In this document: in pieces, positions 38,250-51,642 of the stretch
Position numbering within the stretch: position 1 is the stretch's first letter
Layout of the letters: each line of letters opens with the position of its first letter
DNA from: Felis catus
Lineage: Eukaryota
Assembly: GCF_018350175.1 (NCBI RefSeq)
Contig: NC_058368.1
Coordinates: forward strand, 61,754,001 to 61,818,000
Length of the DNA stretch: 64,000 bases
Direction of reading: 5' to 3'
Translations under genes and position numbers: made by a program
The notes under the pieces: generated by a model
Databases searched by the model: none
Seen by the model: the letters and a program-made list of their open reading frames with translations, nothing else
What the model was told of the DNA's origin: nothing

Positions 38250-39250
38250 TAAATCTTGGTGATTTCCATTCTATATGTGGAAGGCCCTCTAAGAGTCTGG
38301 ATGCTCAGCACCTTGAATTTATCTCTCCCTATGACCTTGTCCTCCATCCTGCCAGGGCCAATGACTTCATGGTAATACCCAAAACCTGTGTCTTAATCAA
38401 TGGCAATCCACTGTCCATAATCACAACTTCATACATTCCACTTGTGGGCTATTGCCTCCTATATTTTAAGCATATTTTCTCCAGCTTTCTCAATCTGAAG
38501 AGTTCCTCTTTATTTTCATTTCATGAATACCCATGGTCTACTAATTCTACCAATGGTACTTTAGCTTCAATTTCATATATTCTCTTCACCTTTTTGAAAG
38601 TTGAAATTCCATGGTCAACCATCTTTTATGACTGCCTTTCATATTCTCTTCAACTCCATTTCTTTGTTCACATTGTGGTGCTCATGTGACAAAGTAACCC
38701 TGGTTAAATGTAAATTTCTGCCTAATAAACATCAAAATCTCTGCAGCAGAATTTGACTGAGGTATAATATATAACTATGCACACTGTTGATTATAATTGG
38801 TTTTAGATTTCCCAGTATTATTAAATATTTAAATTTCCATAATGGTCCCAAATGTCTTTTATACTTTTTCAAACTTTTTAAAAATTGAAGCATAAGTGGA
38901 ATATAATATTATATTAGTTTTTAATATATATTAGTTTTAGTGATTCAGTATTTTACACATTATGAAGTGATCTGTTGGTTATAATCAGGATAACTCCTTA
39001 AGTGTATCTCTAATGTAATCTGGAAATCTCAAGTGTGCCCTTACTGCTGTCCTCAAATCTTACTTTGTGTACTCATTATTCACTCTACCTCTCTCCTGGG
39101 GGACTATTTCATACCTTCTACATTCTTCCTGACCTTAAATTCTACCTCCCAGTCCATCTCATTGAAATCAACTGATTATATTGCTTCCTATTTCACTAGG
39201 AAAAGTGGAGCAATAAAAGAGGACCTGATTAGAATTCTGTCATCTTATCT
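38250..39250 (+). mobile_element. L2 internal ORF2 (endonuclease region) remnant
   Basis: Translates as LGDFH (38255-38269) and, after a frameshift, PSKSLDAQHLEFISPYDLVLHP, similar to the L2 APE endonuclease region. Confidence 0.75.
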
Positions 39251-41404
39251 ATTGAGGTAGTTGCACACACAACCACATAACATGGGATCTTATCAAAATA
39301 TGGAAGGTGCACACTTGGGTCATTTTGAGTTCTCTTTGTACATTTGTGTTACACTGGTAAGTTCTATTTCATCTTGTCCCTGATTTTAGAACTGAAATAA
39401 TTTTGAAAGAGGACTGACAAAGTCTTTGTGAGTGTGCATGTGTATGTGTGTGTGTTTTCTCTGAGGGGGTGTTCTAGTTTTCAGCAGATCCCAGTTCTTA
39501 ACCTGTAAAGATGTCATAAAAGATTGTATAATTCTTTGTATACTTTATTGTAAAAAAAAAGCTACCCTAATCAAAAGAAATTAATCAAAGGTTCTTAACT
39601 ATGCAACTGTCTACATTTGAAATTTGTGATGGGTGTTGTATGTCACAATATTTTGTTTCATCCACTTTCTTCTTTCTATGTGCTTGTATTTTCCTACCTC
39701 TGCTTATAAATTTCAATTAATTCAGAATGTTTTCCATTTTGCATAAGGACTACAGTTTAAAGATTATATGGTGGATGATTGATGCAAATTGAAAGAACAT
39801 AATATACTTTATAACTGAAAAATATTTGTTTATAGTTATTACTTTAACATGTAACATATACACATTTTAAAAATCTACCTTCCTAGACTGAAAGTTCTAT
39901 AAGTAAAGAAATTGTATGTTTATCTTTGTCTACCTCACCAAACCTAGCAATGTTTCTGGATCCGTTGGTTAAATTAATGGTTTTTCAATGCATGATTTAC
40001 CAAAGAAAGAAAACACAGCCATTGTTTATTTAAAATTTAAACTCAAGGTGAGGATTTCCTTATGATTTCTCATGCATTCCTAAAATTCTGAAATTTTATA
40101 AGTTTGTGCCACCATATTTTATCAAAGTGCTTTTTTGCATAGTTTATTATTGACTTTTTAGATGAAACATGTGGTTAATGAGAATAATGGAAAATAAAGC
40201 TGTCTTCTCTGTTAAGCACATGAAATACAGTGAAAGTAAAAGGTCTTCAGAAACATGTTATTCAGAACTAACATAACGTGGGATTGCTGTGCTCCAACAT
40301 TACACATGATTAATGGGTAGTGTAATTCCCATGTGCATTGTCACATTACCGAGTTCCATCAATCCAAAATTATATTGTTAATGGCAACGAGCACTGTGTG
40401 TAATAGCTGACACATTAGCACAGAAATGCTTCTTTTTTTGTCACAAATGTATTGTTGAAGCTGTTTAATACTTGTTTGCTTACCCATAATGGTACAAAAT
40501 GCATCTATAATTACTGTCATGGGGCTGAGACTATACCATCTGGTATGAAATGGAAATGTTTGTATCTAAGCTTACTAGAGCATAATATATATTCTGAGCC
40601 ATTATTGTAAAGCCATTCATTCTATCTAATAACTTCTTCACTATATGAGCACAGACTAATGAGTATAAACACAGTTGGGGCTGGAAAAGTTTAAGAAAAT
40701 ATTGTGTTCTATAGAATATGCTTGGTCTCTCAGAAAAAAAAATAATAAGGTTTATCTTCAACACCATTTTTGATGCTACTTGATGTCCAAGACAAAAGAA
40801 AAACAAAACAAAACAAACAAAAACACATTTGCCCCAATGTATCAGAACAGTCTAAGGTTAAATAAGAGATAATTTTTCAATCTGAGTATTGTTTGTGGGT
40901 TCCCATTTTTTATTTCAATAATTACATTATCTGAGGTTTATATTATTTCCTTTTCATCTTAGTAAAAATTATTGAAAGCCTTTTGCTTCTTTCATCTATT
41001 TGTGTCTATAGAACATCTTATTATGGTGAACATGGAGTCATATTTTTCAAAAAACAAACAAAAAAAAAAGCAGACCAGAAGAAGATATCCAAAACCTATA
41101 CAAAGAAAATCATAAAATTATCATATCCAAATATCTGACACAAAAGAGATATGAACAAATAGGAAGACAGTTGATTCTCTCAAATAGGAATGATCAAGAG
41201 ATACTAGTTTTCCCTGAGGCAATTTATGATATAATGCTACTCATTAAAATAGCCAAAGTTGTTTTTCTGGAGATAGATAACTTGATTCTAAAAGAAGAAT
41301 AAGCAAAAAAGATAATTTAGAAGAATAAGCAAAAAAAAAAAAAAAAAGAAGAAAAGAAAAAGAAAGAAAGAACAAAAATAAGAGGAGAATAAGTAATTTT
41401 GTTT

Positions 41405-41527
41405 AGAGGCACCTGGGTGGCTCAGTCAGTTGAGCATCAGACTCTTGATATCAGCTCAGTCCACGTTCCCAGGGTCATGGGATTGAGCCCTGCATGGGGC
41501 TCCATGTTGAACATGGAGCCTGCTTGA

Positions 41528-41572
<45 letters not shown>

Positions 41573-41645
41573 TCTCTCTCCCTCTGCCCCTCTTCCCCAC
41601 TCATGTGTTGGCACTCTCTCTCTCTAAAATAAATAATAATAATAA
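41405..41645 (+). mobile_element. CanSINE, older subfamily with long (CT)n
   Basis: gcacctgggtggctcagtcagttgagc head. Confidence 0.93.
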
Positions 41646-41969
41646 AATATATTTTAAAGACTGTTCAATTACACAGGTGTGCTATTGGCACATGAGTAGA
41701 CTGATCTACAGAAGGAGCAGAATAGAAAATTCAGAAAATTAATTTCTCAATTTTGTGTCTATGTGGCAACAATGCTTGCTTTTCAGATCAGTGGAGATAT
41801 TGACAGGCTTAAATAATGGATGTGGAGAAAGCTGATTAGCCATAGTCAATTAAAAATTAAACCCACTCCTGTGTATGGATGAATTTCAAATAGGTCAGAG
41901 TTAAATTCAAATATCAAAACAAAACAAAACAAAAATGTAAAAGAACTGGAACAAAATATTAACAAATTC

Positions 41970-42372
41970 CGCTTGGCTCTTCTTTCTGCTTGGCAGTTTT
42001 TCTTTTCTGGGCTGGCCTTCATTGATCTCAGTTCAGCTTGATCACATGTCTGCAGTCCGATGATGAGTTAACTGGGAAAGGGCTGGTTTCAGATGGCCTA
42101 TCCCTATGTTCGAATGACAGCTGGAGAAATATGTCTCTCAGCATCCAGCGGGCTAGTCCAGACTGGACTGGGTCTCAGTGCAGGAAATGGGTAACTCCCA
42201 ATGTGCAAGCATTTTTCAGCCTCTGCCTGCAGCTGTCATCTTTACTAAGGATTCATTGGCTATTAGATTGCAGGTCATTTGGTCAACTCAGCTTAAAGGA
42301 GTGAAAATCAGACTTTTTTTTTTTTTTGTGAGAGGAGTGAAAGATTGTGATCATTTTCACAATCTACTATGC
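41970..42372 (-). mobile_element. MaLR LTR, MLT1H/I-like
   Basis: catccagcgggctagtccag...tgtgcaagcatttttcagcctctgc...cacaatctacta. Confidence 0.7.
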
Positions 42373-43265
42373 CTGAAAATAAGGAATCAACCATATTAGC
42401 TATATATCATATCCAGAGGCACTAAGGGAAAGACAAATTTGATAAATTAACATTAATTTTTTTAAAGTTCATGGTAAAATAAATCATAAGCAGAGTAATG
42501 AGAAATCTAATTGGGAAAAGACACGTTTGTCACAAATCAAAGACAAGAAGTTCTATTCCAACCGTAGAAATACCTTCTAAAAAATAGGCACACAAACACC
42601 ATCAACTCTGGCAGGCTGAGGTGGAGGGGTGGTTAAAAAACACGAATTACAGAAGGAAAAAGACAGTTCGCAGAAAAAGAAACACAATGCAAATGGTTCA
42701 TAAGAGAATCAAACTATGCTCAACCTTTTATGATGAGAAAAATAAATATAAAAATATTTTGAAAAATGAGAAAAATAAAAATAAAAACAAACAGAAAACA
42801 AACACCAAAAAAACCTTAAAAATCAAAAAAATATATATATTGAAATACCAATTTTCACCTGATGGATTGGCCAAAATTTAAAAGTTGAACCTCAATCTAT
42901 ATTGGTGAGGCTGTGAGAAAATAGGTCATTTACTAAATGTTGGGAACACCAATGCTACGTATCTAAGGAAGAGACTTTGGTAACATTTACCAACATAACT
43001 CATGTCCCATTTGATGCAATATCTCACTTTAAGGAATTTATCAAAATGTCAACTATATGAACAGAGAAATGAACAATGCTCTCCGCTACAGAACTATGTT
43101 TCACAGAAAAGGCTGGAACCAACCCAAATACTATTCTGAAAAGGAGTTGATTGAATAAACATCAACACAAAAGTGAATTCTGAAGCTATAGAAACTGTGA
43201 AGTATTTTTATATTCATCTATTAGATGGTTATATGAATCTGTATATTAAACAAATAAACTATATA

Positions 43266-43482
43266 TTTTTTAAAGTTTACTTATTTACTTTTTTTTTGAG
43301 AGACAGAGAGAGGGCATGTGACCAGAGGAGGGTCACAGAAAGAGGGAGAGAGAGAATCCCAAGCAGGCTCCCTGCAGTCAGCCCAGAGGCCCACCTGGGG
43401 CTCAATCTCACAAACATGAGATCGTGACCTGAGCTGAAATCAACAGTCCAATGCTTAACCCATAAAGCTATCCAGGTGCCCC
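43266..43482 (-). mobile_element. CanSINE
   Basis: TSD taaactatat. Confidence 0.92.
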
Positions 43483-43929
43483 TAAACTATATTTAAAACA
43501 TTAATGACAGTTATGTGACCAGAAATTGTAACACTGGATATTTTAAATTATTAAGACATATTCACAAGTTATTAATTATTTTAGGGGAAAAATGGTACCC
43601 TAGCTATTTTTAAATTGCCTGTAAATTTAAAGATATATATTGTAGTATTTAAAGTTCAAATGACAGATCTTGGATTTGTTTCCATAAAAGATGATGGAAG
43701 AATGTGAAGGAAGATACTAATGATTGGCTGTAATTAGTAATTTTCGAAACTAGAGAATGTATAAATGGGGCTATACTATATTATTCTTTATAATTTTGTG
43801 TATGTATAATTTTTCACATAATATAATGTTAAAACAAATAAAAATCATATCTACTTTCAAATACCATCAGGATATAAATATTATGCATATCACTTTATAC
43901 CAAAATGAATCAACTGGTATTTCAATTAT

Positions 43930-44142
43930 TATTTTTTAATGTTTATTTGAGAGAGAGAGAGAGAGAGAGTCAGGACATGAGTGGGGGAGGGGCAGAGAGA
44001 AAGGGAGATACAGAATCTCAAGCAGGCTCGAGGCTTTGAGTTGTCAGCACAGAGCCCAACATGAGGCTTGAACCCACAAACCATGAGATCATGACCTGAG
44101 CTGAAGTTGGCAGCTTAGCCTACTGAGCCACCCAGGTGCCCC
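43930..44142 (-). mobile_element. CanSINE
   Basis: Degenerate TSD tcaactggtatttcaa/tcagctagtgtttcaa. Confidence 0.94.
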
Positions 44143-45049
44143 TCAGCTAGTGTTTCAAATGAATGCCCTTAGATAGATTTGCTAGGAATTTTGTGTTAGG
44201 AATTTTGTTTGATTTTTTTAAATAAGTTGAAAGTCTGGAAAGTTTTGCATTCTTGACTTCATGGAAGCTTAATATAGGCCTCTCATTTTTACCCCTGTAC
44301 CACAAACGTTAAAAAAATTAAATAAATAAATAAATAAAAAACTTGTGGAGTTATTTAGAGGACAACTGTCAACAGAACCATTTGCCTTAATTTCAAATTT
44401 TATATTACATATTTTAAAACATAATTGGATAGAATAGATAATTATATTTCAGAGCTATTTCAGGTATTTTGAAAGCTTTAATAGTATCTCTTGAATAATT
44501 CAAATTTATTTTTATAACTCCATAAAAAAGTATGGTTACATAAGAGCACTGAGCGCTAGAGAAATAAAAGAGGCAGTGTTTATTAATGTTGCCTAGAACT
44601 TGGAGGCATAGGCCTTTCCTAAAGAGTCAGCAAACTCAGGGAAAGGGTTGGTGGAGAGTTGTCAATTTCTCAAAGGAAGAAAGAACATGGGGGCTCTAAG
44701 AAAAACTAGCAGGCTTCTACATACAGTGCCAAAACCTGGCACAGATTGGTGAAGAGAGAGCAATCACAGATCAATATCAGTGTCATTTACAAATATATAT
44801 GTAAATACCCTAAATAACACCAAAGGGAATCATGTTTTAAGAAGGATTAAATATGAGAAAATACATAAATATAATTTATAATAATGCATCTGCAGGCTAA
44901 AAGCATGATTTTTCTTTTTTTTTCTTTTTTTAAAGCATTATTTTTCTGAATAAACATTTAACAATCATTTGGCAAAAATCAGAATACTTCTCAATTAAAA
45001 AATAAAGCCCTTAGATAATTAGAATTAGTAAATAATTTCTTTGCATCAT

Positions 45050-45290
45050 GTGTATGTGTGTGTGAATGGATATGTGTGTATAAATGTATATATGTACATG
45101 TATATATATATACATGTACATGTGTATATGTATACATAAATACTTGTACATGCAGCATAAATTACATATTATGTATATATTTATATCAGGCATACATATT
45201 TATATCTGCACAATACAAACACATTCATATACTTTTTATGTATACAAATATAAAGATCTGTGTGTGCCTTTCTGTGTATGTCTGTATTAG
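45050..45290. repeat. Degenerate (TA/TG/CA)n tract
   Basis: Alternating purine-pyrimidine low-complexity sequence. Confidence 0.85.
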
Positions 45291-45729
45291 TCCTTAAGCC
45301 AGAATCATATTTAATTGGTTTAGTTTTAGTCAGTCCCACAAACATCAGGAATAAAGAATAACCACCATGTCTCTGTATTTAACTTGGATATGATAGCCTA
45401 TAGATTTTTCTCCAATAGAATGATGTGATATCTGTAAATGTGTACAAAGGTTTTATTAATATAAGTATTTATAAACACTTATCTATATAAAAATTTAAAT
45501 ATTATTTTATTTACCTAATCCAAGAGAATCAGTTAAAATTATTATTATAAATAAATTCAATAAATTAGTGGAGTATAAAATGTTTATGCAGACATCATTA
45601 ACTCTCCTATATAAATTTAGTTTGAAAATGTAATGGATGAAAATACTGTATGTCTAAGCATAACAAAAAGCTAAAACATCTAGACATAAACTTAACATGA
45701 AACGTTCTAGATTAAATAAGAATTAACAT

Positions 45730-45905
45730 GAGAGGTGGGCAGAGGGATGGGCTAAATGGGTGATGGGCTTTAAGGAGGGCACTTGATGAGCACTGGCTGT
45801 TGTATGTAAGTGATGAATCACTAAATTCTACTCCTGAAACCAATACTACACCATATGTTAACTAACCAGAATTTAAATAAAAACTTGAAGCAAACAAACA
45901 AAAAG
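45730..45905 (+). mobile_element. Carnivore L1 3' UTR end, 5'-truncated
   Basis: gggtgatgggc...aaggagggcacttgatgagcactgg...gtgatgaatcactaaattctactcctgaaac with tail. TSD agaattaac/agacttaac. Confidence 0.92.
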
Positions 45906-46651
45906 ACTTAACTTTAGTACACCCCTGAGTAGCACAATATTAAATTCAAACGAATGAAAAGCTACCTATAATTTTTAATAGAAGGAATAGCCATCACGAA
46001 AATGTCATTTAGTTTTTTATTAATACATTCAAATTTAATGTGATACTTTTCTGAAATTAGATAATTTTATAATTTATAAGGAAAATAAAAATACTTTAAA
46101 AACCCTCTGAAACAGAACAAAGGGGGTGGGGTGTCTTAGCTCAATTTACTATTACATGGTACAAGCAAATGAATAGACAAGAGTATCGTGACCAAAATAT
46201 AAATCTCCCAAACAGACCCAAAGACTTATAGCAATTTAGTATATAGTAAGTTGGAAACTCACATCAGTAGAACAGATGAACTTTTAAATCTGGTTGTGAC
46301 AAAATAAATATATTAGAAAATAAAACCATAAAATCCAAGGCTATGTAAATTTTTATATAAATTGGAGTGGCACAGTTATTCCTAAACATTACTAAAAACC
46401 ATAAATAACAAAATATTCATATATTTGACTATAGAAAATTATATATTTCCATATGGCCTTTAAAAAAGACAGTAATCAGAAACAAATATCAAATTAGGGG
46501 AAAAATAACAAACACATATTACAGATTAAGGATTAATTTTTCAGATACAAATGGATCAGACATCAGTAAGAGCAGAGCACACATCCATTCCATTAGTAAA
46601 AATCACATAAAGGAGATAAATAGACAAGTTTTAAAATATATAAATGGTAGT

Positions 46652-46845
46652 GGGGCACCTGGGTGGCTTAGTCAGTTGGGCATTCCACTCTTGACTTCAG
46701 CTCAGGTCATGTTCTCACGGTTTGTGGGTTTGAGCCCCACGTCAGGCTCTGCATGGAGATCATGGAGCCTGCTTGGAATCTGTCTCCCTCTCTCTCTGCT
46801 TCTCCCCCATTTGCTCTATCTCTCTCTTTCAAAATAAGTAAATAT
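46652..46845 (+). mobile_element. CanSINE (first of tandem pair)
   Basis: Full head and CT tract. Confidence 0.93.
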
Positions 46846-47070
46846 GGGGCGCCTGGGTGGCTTAGTCAGTTGAGCGTCCTGCTTTGGCTCAGGTCATGAT
46901 CTCACAGTTTGTGGGTTTGAGCCCCATATCGGCCTCTGTGCTGACAGCTTAGAGCCTAGAGCCTGCTTCTGATTCTGTGTCTCCCTCTCTCTCTGCTCCT
47001 CCCCCACTCATGCTCTGTCTCTCTCCTTCAAAAATAAATAAAAACATAAAAAGAAAGAAAGAAAAAAAAA
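46846..47070 (+). mobile_element. CanSINE (second of tandem pair)
   Basis: Starts in the tail of the previous copy. Confidence 0.95.
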
Positions 47071-47474
47071 CCAAAATATATAAATACTTTTTAAACATCT
47101 CTCTCTTTCTCTCAAACATAGGAGAAGGTGCTCAACCTCACTCGTAATAAAACAAATAATAATTAAAACTACAAGGAGAAATTATTTGTCATCTATGTGA
47201 TTAGCAAAGATCCAAACGTTGACAGCACATTCTATTTGTGAAGTCTTGGAAAATCAGGCACTCTCAAATACGGCTTCTGGGAATGCAAAACAATATAAAC
47301 CTCAATCAGGGGAATTCGTCATCTATTGCAATTAAAATGAAATTAAATTTTCTCTTTGATTCTGCAAGTTTCCTTCTGCAAGTTATTCTGTGTTTGTACA
47401 TCATTATTTGTTATGAGTATTCTTTGTATTGGAAAACACAAAAAGGAAAAAAAAAACTAAAAACTTTTAACTAA

Positions 47475-47935
47475 AAGAGACAGGCAAACCATAAAAACAG
47501 ACTCTTAACTACAGAGAGCAGGGGCACCTGGGTGTCTCAGTTGGTTAGCCAACTGACTTGGGCCCAGGTCATGATCTCACAGTTTGTGAATTCAAAGCTC
47601 ACATAGGGCTCTGTGCTAACAGCTCAGAGCCTGGAGCCTACTTTGGATTCTGTGTCTCCCTCTCTCTTTGCCCTTCTACCACTCATGCTCTGTCTCTCTC
47701 CATCTCTCAAAAATAAATAGATACTTAAAAAATTTTAAAAAATAGAGTACAAACTGAGGTTTGCTTGAGGGAAGGTGGGTGGGGGAATAAGTTTAATGGG
47801 TGATGGGTATTAAGGAGGGCATTTGTGATGAGCACTGGGTGTTGGTATGTAAGTGATGAATCACAAAATTCTACTACTGAAACTAATATTACACCATTGT
47901 TAACTAACTTGAATTTAAATAAAAACTTTAAAAAA
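47475..47935 (+). mobile_element. Carnivore L1 3' UTR end interrupted by a CanSINE
   Basis: agactcttaact...aaactgaggtttgct...gtgatgagcactgggtgtt...atttaaataaaaa. Confidence 0.9.
47521..47742 (+). mobile_element. CanSINE
   Basis: Full-length copy nested in the L1 3' UTR. Confidence 0.95.
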
Positions 47936-49129
47936 TACTTATCTTTGAGAATCTTTTAAAATAATCTATGTCTATAACCCCTTATTGGAATATTCAATAA
48001 CTATACAAAAACAATGATAAAAATCTTTTTTCTTAGAAATATTTCCAGGATATATTGCTAAGTAGAAATAGATGATATTGAACAGCACACATAATGCACT
48101 GCCTATTGTGGGAGAAGGAAGAAAAAAAAACATGTTTGTTTATATACAAAAAATTATAATAAATTCCTGACACTTAAAAAAAAATTGTTCCTTCCAGGGT
48201 TTATAGATCAGGTATGGAATTAATGAAAAAGTGGGTAGGGGAAGGATTTTTCACTTTATACCATTTTATGTTATTTTTATTTTAAGATTTGTAAGTTTTT
48301 AAACAATGTATCACCTCTTTTAAAAAACCAACTTTTTAAAAGTCTCAACCCTAAATATTGGATGACATGATTAAAGGTGTATACTTTGAAAGAACCTCTA
48401 AGGATACTAGTAATTACTGAATATTGGGAAAGGGTAACTGTGGATATAATTAGTATGTTGCCTCTGTTGTGATAGAAATTGCTCCTTTGCCAATTGTTAA
48501 AATAGTTCTGTTTTGAGCATAGCCTTATTCTCAAGGAGTAATTTTGTAGTGTCTTAGTGTCACCAGCCATCATAACGCTCAGCACATTTCTTAGGCCATC
48601 AATTATTTATGTACCACAACCAGAGATGACTTCTAATTTGCTCTTACATGGGGGTTTTTATAATTACTTTATCATTTAAAGACATATTTTACATAACACT
48701 ATGAAAACGACAATGCTACTAGATTTTGCTGGCAACAAATGCCACAGACGACAAGGCGCAGTGATTCAAATTGATAGGATGCTTGCTTTTACTTCATTTG
48801 GATAAATTCTGAATGTCATTCATTCTTTAAGTTGACACCTCATCTTTAGAGTCAGCTTTGTACATCCTTGAATCTATCCTTAATGGGTGCCTGTTGATCA
48901 CATGAGCCCAGTTGATATTTCTGGATTGTTTTACAACTCACCCAAACCATTTCCTGTTAACAGCTGTAGCCACTAGTGTACTGGAGGGAATAAAATAGAA
49001 ACAGTTGGTCCAGAATCTGTAGAGATTTTCTAATTCGACTGGGTGTTCTACATCACAAAATAAGTAGTAAGCAAAGTCTCAGTGCAAAGCCTGAGTAAGA
49101 GATGATTTAAGAAGCATTGGGAAGGGAGG

Positions 49130-49385
49130 GGGGCACCTGGGTGGCTCAGGTGGTTAAGCGTCCATCTTAGGATCAGGTCATAATCTCACAGCATGTGAGT
49201 TAGAGCCCCGCTTTGGGTTCTGTGCTGACAGCTCAGAGCCTGGAATCTGCTTCTGATTCTGTCTCCCTCTCTCTCTGTCCTTCCCCGACTCTCTCTCTCT
49301 GTCTCTCACTGTCTCTCTCTCTGTCTTAAAAATAAATAAACAGTAAAATAAACAAAGAAACAAACGAACAAATAAATAAAACATT
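49130..49385 (+). mobile_element. CanSINE (first of tandem pair)
   Basis: Full head, extended CT tract and A-rich tail. Confidence 0.94.
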
Positions 49386-49386
49386 G

Positions 49387-49583
49387 GAGCACCTGTGTGC
49401 TTCAGTCGGTTGAGCGTCTGACTTCAGCTCAAGTCATGATCTCACAGTTCAAGAGTTTGAGCCCCACACTGGGCTTACTGCTGTCAGCACAGAGCTGCTT
49501 TGGAGCCTCTGTACCCTTCTCTCTGCCCCTGCCGCCCTTGCACTCTTTCTCTCTAAAAAACAAACATTAAAAAATATTTTTTA
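49387..49583 (+). mobile_element. CanSINE (second of tandem pair)
   Basis: ggagcacctgtgtgcttcagtcggttgagcg head. Confidence 0.92.
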
Positions 49584-50099
49584 AGAAACGTTGTTATAAG
49601 CTCTAGGATGTAATAGTTTCTGAAGACCTGACCTGGTAGTTCGAAACCTCTCTCAATCCAGTAAATAACTGTGCACATATTTGCAACCAAGTGTATAACA
49701 TGGAGGAAAATATTTGAAAACAGAAAATTTTCCATTTTCTCTATGCTCTATGGAACCTCTGAGCCATAAAAATTCCTATTTGCTCTTGGTTTTATGAATG
49801 CTTCAGCATCAACTCTTGAAAAATCCGGTGTCTAAAATATCTTGATATTTCATGCCAAAATTGATTCTTTACACATTCTAAAAAGGAAATGTATTCAATA
49901 TATAAAAGTATAAGTGATTTTAAGAGAGAGAAATGTTTTTTCAACCTATTATAACTTGATTAGCAGCAAAGTAAAGAGAAAATGCAAAGCTGTAGTCATT
50001 CAAAACCCATAAACTAGGACTCTTACAAAATTTTCTTTCTAAAGAGAGATACATTTATAGTCTAATATTAAATCTCTCATTAATAACATTACTATAATT

Positions 50100-51395
50100 T
50101 AATAAACCTATTGGTGTTGAATCTATATTCTCACTGCTAATAGAGTAGGTCAAAATTATAATTTATACTTTAAAAATTATTCAGGTCTGTAATTATTTTT
50201 CTCTACATACTTTCTGAATTTGTGTATGAGTACTCTCCTCCTTTTCATGATCATTACCTAGGATTTGTCTATCTTACCTTTATTTTTCACGTAACCTAGA
50301 TTTAGTTCTCAACTATCATACTCTTTCCCAAGTCATTCATATCTGCATTTGTATTTACTATTTTGTCATTCTTATTTCCATCCATATATTTGTGTTCATT
50401 TTTCAATAATGTGAGTTGCATACTCAACCTGAGGGTTTTAACTCCTTACATTTTATTGATATAACTCTGTAGCTATGGAATTTTCTCTGAGGTTCAGTGC
50501 GTCTGCATCTCAAAGGTTCTGATATTAGTATTTCAATGACCACTCTTTTCTAGAAAAACTTAGAGTGTGGTTTGTATTCCTCATTTGACATAACAGAACA
50601 GCTGGTTAAAAATTAAGTTTTAAAAATTCCATATGGAAGCTGGTATTTGATTTCTGACTTTTTAAAATTAATTTCTAATTCTATTGTGATGAATTAAGAA
50701 CATACTGCGGTAACAATTTTATAACATGTATTTTTACTTGTGTTTAATTGCGATACACACACGCGCGACCATTTACACCCACATTATTGGTGAGGCTTCT
50801 TAGATTTTCAGTCTTTCTCTATTAATTTTGTTCTTGTCCTCTTGTATCACATTGGAATGAATAAAATGCATTAAAATCTTTGGTTTTATTGTGTTTCTGT
50901 CTATTGTACCTTCTACCTCCTGCTGTAAGAAAATGCTGCTCTTATATTTGCTGCATGGGTATGTATGTCTAATGTGTTTAATTGTGAATTGTAATATTTA
51001 GCAGTAGGATGTCCAACCATTGTCTAATGCAATATTTTGTTATTAATTATATCCACATTCACTCTGCTTTCTTCATTTTTTTCATGTGAATACACATACT
51101 TAATCTTTTTTTTATTCTACTCTCACAGGGCATAGTTGAGCTGTATTTTTAATTTTGAGATTAGAATATTATATTTTTCTAGAAGCAGCCCTTTTCATTA
51201 TGTTTTCAATTTTAATTATTTTGAATTGTATTAAAATGATTACTTATGATTTTTAAGAATTTCTTTTGTGTCTGTAGTTGCTTTTTTCTTGATAGTTTGC
51301 ATTATTTATGCTCTTCTCTTTCTCCTTGATAACATTAAGGGTTCACCAATCTTATAAATTTTTTTCAAATAATTATTTTTTCTTCATCAGTGCTT
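50100..51395 (-). mobile_element. Ancient L1 remnant
   Basis: T-rich, with ggatttgtctatctta, tgcatttgtatttacta and aatttctaattctattg. Confidence 0.5.
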
Positions 51396-51412
51396 TAGTT
51401 ATTCTCTTTTCT

Positions 51413-51642
51413 TTTTTTTTTTTATTTTTTTTTCAACGTTTTTTTTATTTTATTTTTGGGACAGAGAGAGACAGAGCATGAACAGGGGAGGGGCAGAGAG
51501 AGAGGGAGACACAGAATCGGAAGCAGGCTCCAGGCTCCGAGCCATCAGCCCAGAGCCTGATGCGGGGCTTGAACTCACGGACCGTGAGATCGTGACCTGG
51601 CTGAAGTCGGACGCTTAACCGACTGTGCCACCCAGGCGCCCC
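51413..51642 (-). mobile_element. CanSINE, young SINEC_Fc type
   Basis: Perfect 16-bp TSD agttattctcttttct and long T tract. Confidence 0.97.

Larger units (their letters stand above)
41070..43260 (+). mobile_element. Ancient L1 (L1ME-like) ORF2 3' region, fragmented
   Basis: A-rich, with ttgattctaaaa, gctattggcaca...agaatagaaaattcagaaa and ttttcacctgatggattggccaaaatt. Confidence 0.7.
44760..48300 (+). mobile_element. Ancient L1 ORF2/3' remnant hosting younger insertions
   Basis: Scattered L1 motifs aatcatttggcaaaa, acatctagacataaacttaac, aggtgctcaacctcactc and attagcaaagat. Confidence 0.6.
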
